This document shows positions 17,331 through 26,382 of a stretch of DNA of 64,000 bases, one piece after another. The notes under the pieces were generated by a model. That model searched no databases and was not told the DNA's origin. It was given only the letters and a program-made list of their open reading frames with translations. The stretch is from positions 593,626 through 657,625 of the forward strand of contig JAFEAQ010000011.1 of NCBI GenBank assembly GCA_018266295.1, in the 5' to 3' direction. Position 1 is the first letter of the stretch. Each line of letters starts with the position of its first letter. The stretch comes from Bdellovibrionales bacterium (GTDB taxonomy: Bacteria; Bdellovibrionota; Bdellovibrionia; Bdellovibrionales; Bdellovibrionaceae). The translations under genes and the position numbers were made by a program.

Positions 17331-17855
17331 CTATTTTTTAGCCTTCAACTTAGAAATCTCGCCGGCAATTTTTTCCGAATCGACCACGGGATCCACGTCT
17401 TTCTGGATCGAGCGGATTTTCAAGTCTGGATCAACAATGTAAGTCCAGCGCTTTGACATCTTCATGGCTGCCATCTTTGTACCGTAAAGATCAATCACGT
17501 GATCATCCGGATCTGCCAGCAGGTTGAAATTCAAGTGATGAGTTTTATGAAACTCCGCTTGCTCGGCAACGGTGTCCGCACTGATGCCATAGACATCGGC
17601 GCCTTGCGCACGAATTTTTTCGATATTATCGCGGAAGGCGCAGGCTTGTTTGGTGCAGCCCGGAGTCCCCGCTTTTGGATAGAAATACAGAACGGTCCAT
17701 TGACCTTTGCGCGACTTCAGATCGAAGTCTTTGCCTTCATGAGTTTTTGCAACAAAGAGAGGAGCTGGATCATTCACTTTGAGTTCTGCGGCATGAACGG
17801 ATTCGAGCATAAGAAAACCACCTAGAAGGGACGTTAATAGGGCCAAGTATTTCAT
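17331..17855 (-). CDS. bcp: Peroxiredoxin (Bcp-type thiol peroxidase) with signal peptide
   Basis: YFYPKAGTPGCTKQACAFRD active-site motif. Preferred ATG is 17855 (AAAGGA SD), giving MKYLALLTSLLGGFLMLESVHA. Confidence 0.85.
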   Translation of the reverse strand: MKYLALLTSLLGGFLMLESVHAAELKVNDPAPLFVAKTHEGKDFDLKSRKGQWTVLYFYPKAGTPGCTKQACAFRDNIEKIRAQGADVYGISADTVAEQAEFHKTHHLNFNLLADPDDHVIDLYGTKMAAMKMSKRWTYIVDPDLKIRSIQKDVDPVVDSEKIAGEISKLKAKK

Positions 17856-17920
17856 ACGGTATCCTTTCAATAAATATATTGAAAGATCTTGGCCCGATTA
17901 CTAACAAAACACAAGATGGC

Positions 17921-20062
17921 TTAATTGTCGGCGTGCAGCAGTTGGCGACGCTTTCGACGGAGATATTTAAGTACGTATTCCGTCAAAGTATTAAGACTAT
18001 TCGTCATACGATCAGCTTCAAAAAAGATGCTGCCGTAGGCTTCCGCCGCTTCCGATCCGTCTGTCTTTGCTAACGCAACATAGGCCGCCCGGATATCCGG
18101 AAACTCACTGTGTGGAATATCACGGCCACGCAGGGCTTCTGCTTGCAAGCTCAAGGTTTTTTCGACGTGTTCAGAAAAAATCAAAAATGCTTTTCGCTGC
18201 TCTTCTGACAACGCACTGAGATTCGCGGCCTCAAGTGACATCGAGCCATGGGCAAATCGGTTTGCGGCGACCGTCATGGCGCTCAGGACCTGGATGTCTT
18301 CCACATCCGCGCGGCGTTCGACGGTAAACCGCCCAGAGGCTGCCAAAAAGTTGGCCCGTGTCACACGTGACTGCTGACGAATGCGATCCACTTCCAGTGG
18401 CGCTTGGTCCCGATAAACCACCGCATGAAGATAATCACGATAGCCTTCCAGCATCCGCGCGATCACTTCACGGAGTTGCAAGTTCTCAGAGGTCGGCCAC
18501 AGCCAGTACACTATCAAAGCCACTGCCCCGCCGAGCAGAGTGTTAATCCCACGGGACCAAATCACATCTTTGGGCGCCACGCCCGTCAACGCCAAGAGCA
18601 CCACCACAAAGCCCGATACACACATCGCAAACACACCGTAGTTGCTCGACCCCGCCCAACGGATCAGGAAAGTAAAAATAAAAATCAACACAACGGCCGA
18701 GACCGGACCTGCCGGCAAGTAGTGAAATAAAAAGGTCGAAATCACAAGGCCGATCAAAGTCCCACCAACACGCAAGAAACTGCGAGTGACTGTCGAAGCA
18801 TAGTCCGGCTTTAACACCACCGCAATCGTCATCGGCAGCCAATAAGGACGTGGAATCTTCAGCGTGTGACTGAGCATCTCCCCTAAAATCATACACACTG
18901 CCAAGCGAACCGCGTGACGGAATCCCGGAGATTGAAAAGTCATATTGGCGCGAATAGCGGCCAGACCACTCCAGTAACGCAGATGAATCGGCTTCTGTGA
19001 TTCTTTCTTTGCCGCAGCCTCCATCCCTTGGGGCGTGGTCTTTTCAGTCAGTTCAACAATCGCGCGCAACTGCCCGGCCATCGCTTCAAGCTGATAAGTC
19101 AGGTCATTTAAAACGGCGGTAAAAAACGGGCTCTGCTCAAGATTCTTTTGTTCGCCGATTTTGTCGATGCGAGCTTGAATTTCGGCGATGTACTTCGGCC
19201 CAACACCACGAACCGGCCCGAAATTGATGACTTCAGCAACGGCCTTTAAAAGCTGCGAGGCAAACCCGAGGGCCTCGTTAAGTAATACGGCACTGCCATG
19301 GGACTTGCCGTCACGGGTCAGCCTGCGCCCCAAGCGATTCAAAGAAATCACCGTCACGCGAACACGCTCTGCTTGGCTAAGCAATGAGCGATAGCGGCGC
19401 GCTTCCGGATCGGTATCCCCGGCCAAAGCGGCCAGTTGCGCCTGAGTTTCGATCGACTGGGCACTTCCTGCCGGCGCACTCGTCGTTTCATCACTGCTGA
19501 CAGCAAGCATGGCAATTTGTAAATACAGATTGCTCAAAGCCCTGCGCTCGGGTTTGTACTTTCGTATTGGCCATAGAGCCACACTGATAAACGCCTGAAG
19601 GCAACCGCCGAAAAATGCATAGGCACTGAGTTCTAAAGCAACCAAAGGAGTGAGTCCTTGTGCAGAGAAAATCAAGTAAGTCGCCACAACGACCACACCG
19701 ATATCCGCGGCGACATTATCAACGACCACGAGCATCGCGCAGAAAAAGGCAATCACCACAAGCATGACAAGAAAAAGCACGGAGTTGTTCGCCGACACCG
19801 CGCCCATGAAGACGGCCAACGCCGAAAACAGCGATGCTGTCAGCATGCGCTTGCCGCGAGTTGAATACGAATCCGATTTATCCGAGAAGCAAACGTTCAG
19901 CGCACCGATTGCAATCGACAATCCTGCTGCCGGTGACGACAGGAAACTACCAAGCACCATTGAAAGTGCCACACCGAGCGCACTCCGAAAGCCAACCCAG
20001 GCTTCCATTTTTGTTTTATCGAAGGTGATGATCTGAGACCAGAGAGTGTTCTCTTTTGCCAT
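17921..20062 (-). CDS. FUSC family (YccS/YhfK-like) integral membrane protein
   Basis: About 713 aa with two hydrophobic multi-helix blocks separated by a long soluble region, which is typical FUSC architecture. ATG 20062 is preferred over TTG 20098. Confidence 0.75.
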   Translation of the reverse strand: MAKENTLWSQIITFDKTKMEAWVGFRSALGVALSMVLGSFLSSPAAGLSIAIGALNVCFSDKSDSYSTRGKRMLTASLFSALAVFMGAVSANNSVLFLVMLVVIAFFCAMLVVVDNVAADIGVVVVATYLIFSAQGLTPLVALELSAYAFFGGCLQAFISVALWPIRKYKPERRALSNLYLQIAMLAVSSDETTSAPAGSAQSIETQAQLAALAGDTDPEARRYRSLLSQAERVRVTVISLNRLGRRLTRDGKSHGSAVLLNEALGFASQLLKAVAEVINFGPVRGVGPKYIAEIQARIDKIGEQKNLEQSPFFTAVLNDLTYQLEAMAGQLRAIVELTEKTTPQGMEAAAKKESQKPIHLRYWSGLAAIRANMTFQSPGFRHAVRLAVCMILGEMLSHTLKIPRPYWLPMTIAVVLKPDYASTVTRSFLRVGGTLIGLVISTFLFHYLPAGPVSAVVLIFIFTFLIRWAGSSNYGVFAMCVSGFVVVLLALTGVAPKDVIWSRGINTLLGGAVALIVYWLWPTSENLQLREVIARMLEGYRDYLHAVVYRDQAPLEVDRIRQQSRVTRANFLAASGRFTVERRADVEDIQVLSAMTVAANRFAHGSMSLEAANLSALSEEQRKAFLIFSEHVEKTLSLQAEALRGRDIPHSEFPDIRAAYVALAKTDGSEAAEAYGSIFFEADRMTNSLNTLTEYVLKYLRRKRRQLLHADN

Positions 20063-20116
20063 GAAGGTAGAATAAACCTTCTCTCCGTGACATACCAATT
20101 TGGTTTTTGTTAATTT

Positions 20117-20136
20117 TTGTTAATTTCAATTAACAA
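20117..20136. promoter_or_regulatory. 9-2-9 perfect palindrome upstream of the FUSC gene
   Basis: ttgttaatt-tc-aattaacaa. It is preceded by a direct repeat of tttttgttaat. It sits between the DUF1904 stop (20138) and the FUSC start. Confidence 0.35.
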
Positions 20137-20137
20137 A

Positions 20138-20467
20138 CTAGAAATGACGGCCGTTCTCGTAGTACTGCTCTTTGGGGAGATGCTGAAAAACCACAATCAC
20201 ATCTTCATACTTTCCGAGCCGCTTCAGATGGTCGGTAATAATTTGTGCAGTTCGATCCTGAATGTTCTGTGGCCGCGCGAACATCAGCACTTCGACGAAA
20301 GGATAGGACTCCGTCTTTGCTCCTTGAGAGAAAAACTGCGTGGCAATACTTTCGAACGTAAAGTTGTCTTCGCTGGTCCCCATTTCCTGCGCGAGCTCTT
20401 TACAAAGTAATGCGCTAAGTTCTTGAATGTACTCACTCTTTACTGCGCGGAAGCGTATATGTGGCAT
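20138..20467 (-). CDS. DUF1904 / tautomerase-superfamily-like protein
   Basis: Preferred ATG 20467 (GAGGTG SD) gives MPHIRFR..., i.e. Pro at position 2 as in tautomerase-fold proteins. About 109 aa. Confidence 0.6.
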   Translation of the reverse strand: MPHIRFRAVKSEYIQELSALLCKELAQEMGTSEDNFTFESIATQFFSQGAKTESYPFVEVLMFARPQNIQDRTAQIITDHLKRLGKYEDVIVVFQHLPKEQYYENGRHF

Positions 20468-20571
20468 TGCTGCACCTCGTAGGCTCTTATACATCTATTT
20501 TCTTTTGGAAAAAAGCTAATAAACTGAGGTCTATTCTTTCACGACAAGTGAAACAGAAAGGATCTTCTCCT

Positions 20572-21141
20572 ATGAAAAAGTTCGCTTTTATCGCCCTCAG
20601 TATGGTGCTTGCAGCCTGTGCAAATCCTAATAAGGCCAAAGACCTCGACACAAAAGTCGACATGACCGCTCCGGTCAATGCTGGTGGCGTGATCGGCGTC
20701 AAAGACGGCGATATGGTTTATCAAAGAAAAGTGCAAATGAACGAAGAGCTTCGTAACCTTGAAACTGAAGTTTATAATCTAGAAGCCAAAGTTTACGGCG
20801 GTCCTCGTTACTTGGACAACCGTGGATTGTATGGAGTGCTGAAAGACTGCCGCGCTGAAATGAGCGAGAAGTCCAACGGCGGCGACGGGAAGCTCTTGTG
20901 GACTGAAAAACGCGAGTACGTAACCGCCGAGGACGATGTCAGCAAAATCGGAGTTGAAGACAAGAAGAAAATCGTGGGCGTCTCTGAAGAATACTTAAAA
21001 GACCGCCTCGAAAGATTCAAAAACTACCGCAAAGTTTTGATGGATCGCCAAGAAGAGTACGAAACAAAAGTGAAAGTTTGCGAACTCGAATTGAAGTCCA
21101 AGCAAAAAACAGCCGCTAAGAACAAAACAGCCGACGAATAG
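20572..21141 (+). CDS. Lipoprotein with coiled-coil-like C-terminus, hypothetical
   Basis: ATG 20572. Lipobox MVLAAC in MKKFAFIALSMVLAAC. Confidence 0.7.
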   Translation: MKKFAFIALSMVLAACANPNKAKDLDTKVDMTAPVNAGGVIGVKDGDMVYQRKVQMNEELRNLETEVYNLEAKVYGGPRYLDNRGLYGVLKDCRAEMSEKSNGGDGKLLWTEKREYVTAEDDVSKIGVEDKKKIVGVSEEYLKDRLERFKNYRKVLMDRQEEYETKVKVCELELKSKQKTAAKNKTADE

Positions 21142-21169
21142 TAGATCAATTATTCGTCAAATCTCTGGC

Positions 21170-21220
21170 AGGATTTCGTCACGGGACAACTCCCGTGGCC
21201 TGGAATAGATTCGAAATCCT
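21170..21220 (+). other. Nested RNA hairpin ending at the SD of the next gene
   Basis: Outer 9-bp stem aggatttcg/cgaaatcct (21170-78 / 21212-20) and inner 7-bp stem cacggga/tcccgtg (21180-86 / 21191-97). SD AAGGAGG begins 2 nt after the structure. Confidence 0.4.
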
Positions 21221-21232
21221 CAAGGAGGTCCC

Positions 21233-21739
21233 ATGTTTTTACTGAACCTGCTGTTCGCAAGCAGCCTGGCTCATGCTGCGTCTTTTGATAAGATGATCGG
21301 CACATACCAGATCACGGACTGCAAAGAGTCCTCGGATCATTACTCAGGCAATAAATTCTGCAACTATGACAAGCTCTCGATCGGCGTGAATTCGATCGCA
21401 ACCGTTTTTCACTTCTTCACAGTGAATGATGCGACTCACGCCCATGAGGTCACGGCTTACCCACTCGACGCCAAAAGCAACATCGGCTATGAGTACCAAG
21501 AGATCACAAATATCTATGCGTCTCTCGCGCGCACAATGAGCACTGGAAATCCCAAATACGACTATAATACGACAACGACGATCACGCGCATCGCCGAGCA
21601 AAATTATCTACTGGTCACACAAAGCGAGATGCCGGGATTTAACCAACATCAGAGTTTTGTGATCCACATGACAAAGATCAGCGATATCTACGAAGAGATG
21701 CCGCCAATTCCACCGGATCCGAATGATCCACCAGACTGA
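21233..21739 (+). CDS. Hypothetical secreted protein
   Basis: 168 aa. Signal peptide MFLLNLLFASSLAHA. AAGGAGG SD. Confidence 0.65.
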   Translation: MFLLNLLFASSLAHAASFDKMIGTYQITDCKESSDHYSGNKFCNYDKLSIGVNSIATVFHFFTVNDATHAHEVTAYPLDAKSNIGYEYQEITNIYASLARTMSTGNPKYDYNTTTTITRIAEQNYLLVTQSEMPGFNQHQSFVIHMTKISDIYEEMPPIPPDPNDPPD

Positions 21740-21741
21740 GT

Positions 21742-21990
21742 TTAAGGAAAAATGGTTTCGTTATACTTTACTTCAAGGTAGTTACGAACACCTTTGACCC
21801 CCGGAGACCTTGCCACAAGGTCTTCGGCGATAAAACGCATTTCATCGTCAGGCACGGAACCGACAAGGCAGACTTCACCTTCTTCGAGGTCGAATTGAAT
21901 ATTCGTCGTATCGACTTCTATATGGACTCGCAACAAATGCGAAAGATCATCATACATTTGCTCGTCCCACGAATGAAAACCGAAGCGCAT
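21742..21990 (-). CDS. BON domain-containing protein
   Basis: 82 aa. VGSVPDDEMRFIAEDLVARSPGVKGVRNYLEV is a BON-domain-like pattern. Confidence 0.65.
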   Translation of the reverse strand: MRFGFHSWDEQMYDDLSHLLRVHIEVDTTNIQFDLEEGEVCLVGSVPDDEMRFIAEDLVARSPGVKGVRNYLEVKYNETIFP

Positions 21991-22144
21991 AGAAAACTCC
22001 TTTATATCGAACTCATTCTAAGCCAGTGATGACGAATTCCTGTGGCGAAGTTTTGAAGAAAAAGCGAAAGCACGTCCTCCAGAACATCCAAGGCTCTTGC
22101 TAAACTCTGAAGTGAAAACTCTATTCACGAGAAAGGATTTATTT

Positions 22145-22618
22145 ATGGGATTGGTTAGTTTCTTCAAAAATGCGGGCGAAAAACTTTTCGGCACGGCGAA
22201 AGAGCCTGATGCTGAATCCATTAAAAAATACATTCAGTCGCAAGGTCTTTCTACCGAAGGACTCGACATCAGCTTCGATAAAGGCACCGACACTGTGACA
22301 GTGGCGGGCCAGGTGGCGGATCAAACAACTAAAGAAAAAATTCTTCTTTGCTGTGGCAACGTTCAAGGCGTGGCAAAGGTGCAGGATAATTTGAAAGTCT
22401 CAAGTCCTTCCCAAGAATCTCAGTACTACACCGTTCAGAGTGGCGATACACTTTCAAAAATCGCGGCTCGCTTCTATGGGGACGCAAAAAAATACAATCT
22501 GATCTTCGATGCAAATCGTCCGATGCTCTCTCATCCGGACAAGATTTATCCCGGACAAAACCTGCGTATTCCTCCCCAAGGCGTGAATCAGGAAAAAGTC
22601 ATGGAACAGCATCCATAG
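22145..22618 (+). CDS. kbp: BON-LysM protein (Kbp/YgaU-like potassium-binding/peptidoglycan-binding protein)
   Basis: ATG 22145 gives MGLVSFFKNAGEKLFG, the conserved YgaU N-terminus. BON region, then LysM motif YTVQSGDTLSKIAARFYGDAKKYNLIFDANRPMLSHPDKIYPGQNLRIP. Confidence 0.85.
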   Translation: MGLVSFFKNAGEKLFGTAKEPDAESIKKYIQSQGLSTEGLDISFDKGTDTVTVAGQVADQTTKEKILLCCGNVQGVAKVQDNLKVSSPSQESQYYTVQSGDTLSKIAARFYGDAKKYNLIFDANRPMLSHPDKIYPGQNLRIPPQGVNQEKVMEQHP

Positions 22619-22649
22619 TATGGAAGATTTCAGGGGCAAATTGACTCCG

Positions 22650-22686
22650 AAGGAGAAGGTGGTGTCATTCTATCTTCTCCTTTTTT
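22650..22686 (+). terminator. Rho-independent terminator after kbp
   Basis: Stem aaggagaag/cttctcctt (22650-58 / 22674-82) followed by a T6 tract. Confidence 0.65.
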
Positions 22687-22740
22687 CCTAGTGTTTCTTT
22701 TCGATTGGCTTTTTCCGCAGTAACAAATATTGCTAGCGCC

Positions 22741-23079
22741 ATGAAAAACATTCTTTTGATTTCTTTATTCTTGGTTTTAGGTGCTTGTGCAAAGAACGGT
22801 CACGGCGATAGCGACACATCGGTAGCGACAGTTCCTGCTCCGAACGTGAACAACAACGTTTACCAAAATGGTCCACAAAATTCTGGGGCACGTCCTGGCC
22901 AATATCCTTACGGTTACAACTACAATGACAACGGCTGCACGACAGGCCCTCAGCAATATCCAACGCTGAATCACTACTGCGAAGGTCTTCGTAACGATAT
23001 CCGTAACAACCGTTGCGCGATCCAAGCTCGTTACAATGACTTCCGTCAATACTGCCAAGGCCGTCGCTGGCAGCGCTAG
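22741..23079 (+). CDS. Small Cys-containing lipoprotein, hypothetical
   Basis: ATG 22741. Lipobox LVLGAC in MKNILLISLFLVLGAC. Confidence 0.65.
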   Translation: MKNILLISLFLVLGACAKNGHGDSDTSVATVPAPNVNNNVYQNGPQNSGARPGQYPYGYNYNDNGCTTGPQQYPTLNHYCEGLRNDIRNNRCAIQARYNDFRQYCQGRRWQR

Positions 23080-23115
23080 AATAAATTTCCAGGATTTAGT
23101 AAACAGATCGCTTGC

Positions 23116-23853
23116 TTATTGAGTGGCGTCGTCGTCAGAAGAGCCGAACTTCAGAAAATCCCACATGTTCGCTTCTTCGACCTTCGGAACATTCGGAGAG
23201 ACGCGATACAAAATGCGGCGCTGGCGGGCCAGCACATAAGGTGATGGACGATCTATGCGGAAGCGATTTGGATTCGGCAGAACCGCCGCCATCATAGCTG
23301 CTTGCGACGGTGTCAGCTTCGCAGCCGGGCGATGGAAATAGCGCTGAGCAGCCGCTTCAACTCCATAAACTCCCGGGCCGAATTCAATCACGTTCAAGTA
23401 AACTTCCATGATGCGTTCTTTAGACCAAATCGACTCAATCAAAACCGTGAAGTAAGCCTCAAGCCCCTTACGAACCCAATCACGGTTCGGCCACAAGAAC
23501 ACATTCTTTGCCGTCTGCTGACTAATCGTGCTCGCACCCTTTTTACGCTTATGAGTTTTATTGTACTTCATGGCCTTTTCAATGGCCTCGAAATCAAAAC
23601 CCTTGTGGTCGTAGAAACGATAGTCTTCGGCTTTTAAAACTGCGCGCTGAATGCTTGGCGAGATCTGCTCTATCGGCACCCAGGTTTTGTGCATGCCCAC
23701 GAACTCAGGCTCAAAGATTGACACCGTGGTACGGATGACCATCAAAGGCGTCAGGTACACCGGCATAAATGCATAAAGCAAAACAGCACCCAGGCTACTG
23801 AGGAAGCAAAAAAGAACGGTGCGCAGAATGAGAGATTGCCAGGTTCGCTTCAT
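23116..23853 (-). CDS. mtgA: Monofunctional biosynthetic peptidoglycan transglycosylase (GT51)
   Basis: AVLKAEDYRFYDHKGFD and GASTISQQTAKNVFLW are GT51 motifs. Single N-terminal TM helix. 245 aa. Confidence 0.9.
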   Translation of the reverse strand: MKRTWQSLILRTVLFCFLSSLGAVLLYAFMPVYLTPLMVIRTTVSIFEPEFVGMHKTWVPIEQISPSIQRAVLKAEDYRFYDHKGFDFEAIEKAMKYNKTHKRKKGASTISQQTAKNVFLWPNRDWVRKGLEAYFTVLIESIWSKERIMEVYLNVIEFGPGVYGVEAAAQRYFHRPAAKLTPSQAAMMAAVLPNPNRFRIDRPSPYVLARQRRILYRVSPNVPKVEEANMWDFLKFGSSDDDATQ

Positions 23854-23870
23854 AATTTTCGGGTTAAGAA

Positions 23871-24320
23871 CTAAGCTCCGCGTTTGCTGGCTGTCAGAAC
23901 TAATTCGCCAGCGCGAATTTCTAAAATAAACTTATCGCCTTGAGAGCTTTCAAACTCCGTCCAATAGTCCTCAGACGCCGGCAGATTTAAATCGCGAAGA
24001 CTTATTTGGGCCTTTACTGACTTTGGCATAATCGTCACATGGGCTGACGGCGCAAAACCAAATGTGCAGCTTGCAGAAGTGTCACCCACACCGCATTTGA
24101 TACGGATACTGCCATCGCTGGTGGCCGCGACCAAAGAGCCTTGGCCGCCGAGCATGTCGACGAATTGCTCAAGACGCAAATCGCCCTGGCGGGTGTTTAC
24201 AAGTACAACGACTTTGTTAGGTTTATGGAAAACAGCGACAGAGTCAGAAGCTGCAAAAGCCGTTGTAGAGATTTGCAAAGCCATCAATACTGTGGAAACA
24301 GCCGCAAAAACGAATTTCAT
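23871..24320 (-). CDS. Hypothetical secreted protein
   Basis: Preferred ATG 24320 (AAGGGG SD). Signal peptide MKFVFAAVSTVLMALQISTTAFA. Starts 17 nt after the ybaK stop. Confidence 0.6.
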   Translation of the reverse strand: MKFVFAAVSTVLMALQISTTAFAASDSVAVFHKPNKVVVLVNTRQGDLRLEQFVDMLGGQGSLVAATSDGSIRIKCGVGDTSASCTFGFAPSAHVTIMPKSVKAQISLRDLNLPASEDYWTEFESSQGDKFILEIRAGELVLTASKRGA

Positions 24321-24337
24321 GACAGAAGCCCCTTCAA

Positions 24338-24829
24338 TCACCCCTTAATGCCGACACTGACAAGCGTCGGTTTAAGGACCCGGATCAATTCTTGTGGGGA
24401 GAGAGATACCAAATAACCCCGACGCCCGCCATTAATAAAAATCCTTTCGAGATCCAGGATGCTTTTTTCAAGGTAAACAGGCATTTTCTTTCTGGTTCCA
24501 AACGGTGACGTCCCGCCGACCTGATAGCCCGAATGTCGCTCAGCAACCTCGGGTTTACAGGGGCTCACCTTTTTTACCCCCAGCTCCCGAGCCATTTCCT
24601 TCGTAGAAACCTGCATATCCCCGTGCATAAGGATAACCAGGGGCTCTTTGGCGTCATTTTCCATGATCAGGGTCTTAATCACAGCGTGTTCCGGAACCCC
24701 GAGCTCGCGGGAAGAAACCGAGGTCCCACCCTTTTCCTCATACCTGAAAAGATGGCTGGTAAAATGCACCTGATGATCCAAAAGTTCTCGAACGGCCGTG
24801 GTCATCGGGGGTTTTTCCTGGTCACTCAT
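24338..24829 (-). CDS. ybaK: Cys-tRNA(Pro)/Cys-tRNA(Cys) deacylase YbaK
   Basis: 163 aa. VIKTLIMENDAKEPLVILMHGDMQVSTKEMA ... GYQVGGTSPFG is the YbaK/EbsC pattern. Confidence 0.8.
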   Translation of the reverse strand: MSDQEKPPMTTAVRELLDHQVHFTSHLFRYEEKGGTSVSSRELGVPEHAVIKTLIMENDAKEPLVILMHGDMQVSTKEMARELGVKKVSPCKPEVAERHSGYQVGGTSPFGTRKKMPVYLEKSILDLERIFINGGRRGYLVSLSPQELIRVLKPTLVSVGIKG

Positions 24830-24943
24830 ACTTACCTCAAAAAATCTCTTTATAAGACGTCAATTTGTTTATCATTTATAACAAGTCTTAAGTTTAGCAT
24901 AAAGGCCTCCGACAAATCTCTAGACCATAGGGGAAGGTGACTC

Positions 24944-25306
24944 ATGAATTTACCGTTAAAGATGATGTCGGCAATGTTTCTGACAATGGCATTGATGTTT
25001 TCTGGCGAAGCCGCATTGGCGAAAAAGAAAACAGCCCACAAAAAGAAGTCTAAGACTGACGTCAGCATGAACTTGAAAAAGAAAAAGTCCAAGTCTGCGA
25101 AGAAGTCTTCAAAGGCCAAATCTCACGCTTCGAATAAGAAGTCTAAAAAGCAGCATACTGCAAGCTACAAGAACGCTTCAAAGTATATGAGTAAGCGTGC
25201 ACCGGCGAGTGCCAAAAAGCATGCAAAGAAAAGCTCTTCGAAGAAAACAAAAATGAGCGCTAAATCCAAGTCAAAAAAGAAGCTTCATAAGTACTATAGT
25301 TCATAG
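24944..25306 (+). CDS. Secreted Lys/Ser-rich polycationic low-complexity protein
   Basis: 120 aa. Signal peptide ...MFSGEAALA, then about 90 residues dominated by K, S and A. Confidence 0.55.
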   Translation: MNLPLKMMSAMFLTMALMFSGEAALAKKKTAHKKKSKTDVSMNLKKKKSKSAKKSSKAKSHASNKKSKKQHTASYKNASKYMSKRAPASAKKHAKKSSSKKTKMSAKSKSKKKLHKYYSS

Positions 25307-25337
25307 AATCGGTACAGAATCTTCCTTTTTAAGAAAT

Positions 25338-25381
25338 CTCCTCAAGTCATGATGATTAAAAAATCAGAATCACTTGAGGAG
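25338..25381 (+). promoter_or_regulatory. Hairpin sequestering the SD of the gene starting at 25389
   Basis: 10-bp perfect stem ctcctcaagt/acttgaggag (25338-47 / 25372-81). The 3' arm contains SD GAGGAGG (25376-82), 6 nt before the ATG. Confidence 0.45.
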
Positions 25382-25388
25382 GCTTCTT

Positions 25389-25820
25389 ATGAAATTCATC
25401 ATCTTGGCATTCTTGCTTCAGGCATTGGCGCTTCCTGCTTCCGCAGCAATCCTATTTCCAACGACTCGCCCGGCGCTCGGCCTCCTTTGCTCTGCCACCG
25501 ACACCGATTTTAAATTTGAAATGGTCATCAACCAGTTTACCGGCGATCTCTTCGAAGGCACTTTCATTCTCAGCGAGAACAGCAAACAAGTCCCCTCCAC
25601 AGTCAAACAATACAGCAACTATAACAGCAACGTGCTTATTATCGTCAGCACCGGCCCGCAAGGCGATGACGATGATTTGGGCTACGTCATTGAACTCAAT
25701 AAATCATACGATGGTTCTTACTATGGCAACGCCACGAAGTACGTCGCCAATCCCCCAGGCACACGCGATGAAAAGGGTGACACCTATGTTCGTTTAGAAT
25801 GCCAATCAAGTACACCTTGA
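25389..25820 (+). CDS. Hypothetical secreted protein
   Basis: ATG 25389. Signal peptide MKFIILAFLLQALALPASA. Confidence 0.65.
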   Translation: MKFIILAFLLQALALPASAAILFPTTRPALGLLCSATDTDFKFEMVINQFTGDLFEGTFILSENSKQVPSTVKQYSNYNSNVLIIVSTGPQGDDDDLGYVIELNKSYDGSYYGNATKYVANPPGTRDEKGDTYVRLECQSSTP

Positions 25821-25900
25821 TTTCGTAAAATCATCCACAGTTCGCAACATTTATGGATCTTGTCGTTTGTTAAAATAAAACCGTTCACAAGGAGGATCTT

Positions 25901-26314
25901 ATGTTAGTCAGGGAAATAATGCGCGACAAAGCCGAAGTGATTCACTTTGACCACTCGGTCGAAGAAGCCGCGCAAATGATGAAGAAAGGCAATTTCGGTT
26001 CCCTGCCCGTAGAGCAGAATGACAGAATGGTGGGTATGATTACTGACCGTGACATCACGATTCGCGTCGTTGCGGAAGGACTAGATCCCAAAGAAACCAA
26101 AGTCATCGATTGTATGACTGAAGGAATCAGCTACTGTTATGATGATGAGGATGCAGATGCCGTCGCTCGAAAAATGGCCTCTGTCCAAGTAAGACGTTTA
26201 CCAGTCATCAACCGAAATAAAAGACTTGTAGGCATCATCAGTTTAACCGACATGGCCCGAAATGCCAGAAACGAAAAACTCACTCAAGAGATCGTATCCC
26301 AAGTGGCACATTAG
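25901..26314 (+). CDS. CBS domain pair protein
   Basis: 137 aa with two CBS repeats (LPVEQNDRMVGMITDRDI and LPVINRNKRLVGIISLTDM). Confidence 0.85.
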   Translation: MLVREIMRDKAEVIHFDHSVEEAAQMMKKGNFGSLPVEQNDRMVGMITDRDITIRVVAEGLDPKETKVIDCMTEGISYCYDDEDADAVARKMASVQVRRLPVINRNKRLVGIISLTDMARNARNEKLTQEIVSQVAH

Positions 26315-26333
26315 AGCGGGTGCCCCTTGTTCG

Positions 26334-26365
26334 AGAGTTGCGGATCCCCTATGGGCCGCAACTCT
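26334..26365. terminator. Bidirectional hairpin terminator between convergent genes
   Basis: 10-bp stem agagttgcgg/ccgcaactct with a T-rich tract after it on the plus strand. Located between the stops at 26314 and 26383. Confidence 0.6.
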
Positions 26366-26382
26366 TCCTATTTTAAAAAACT

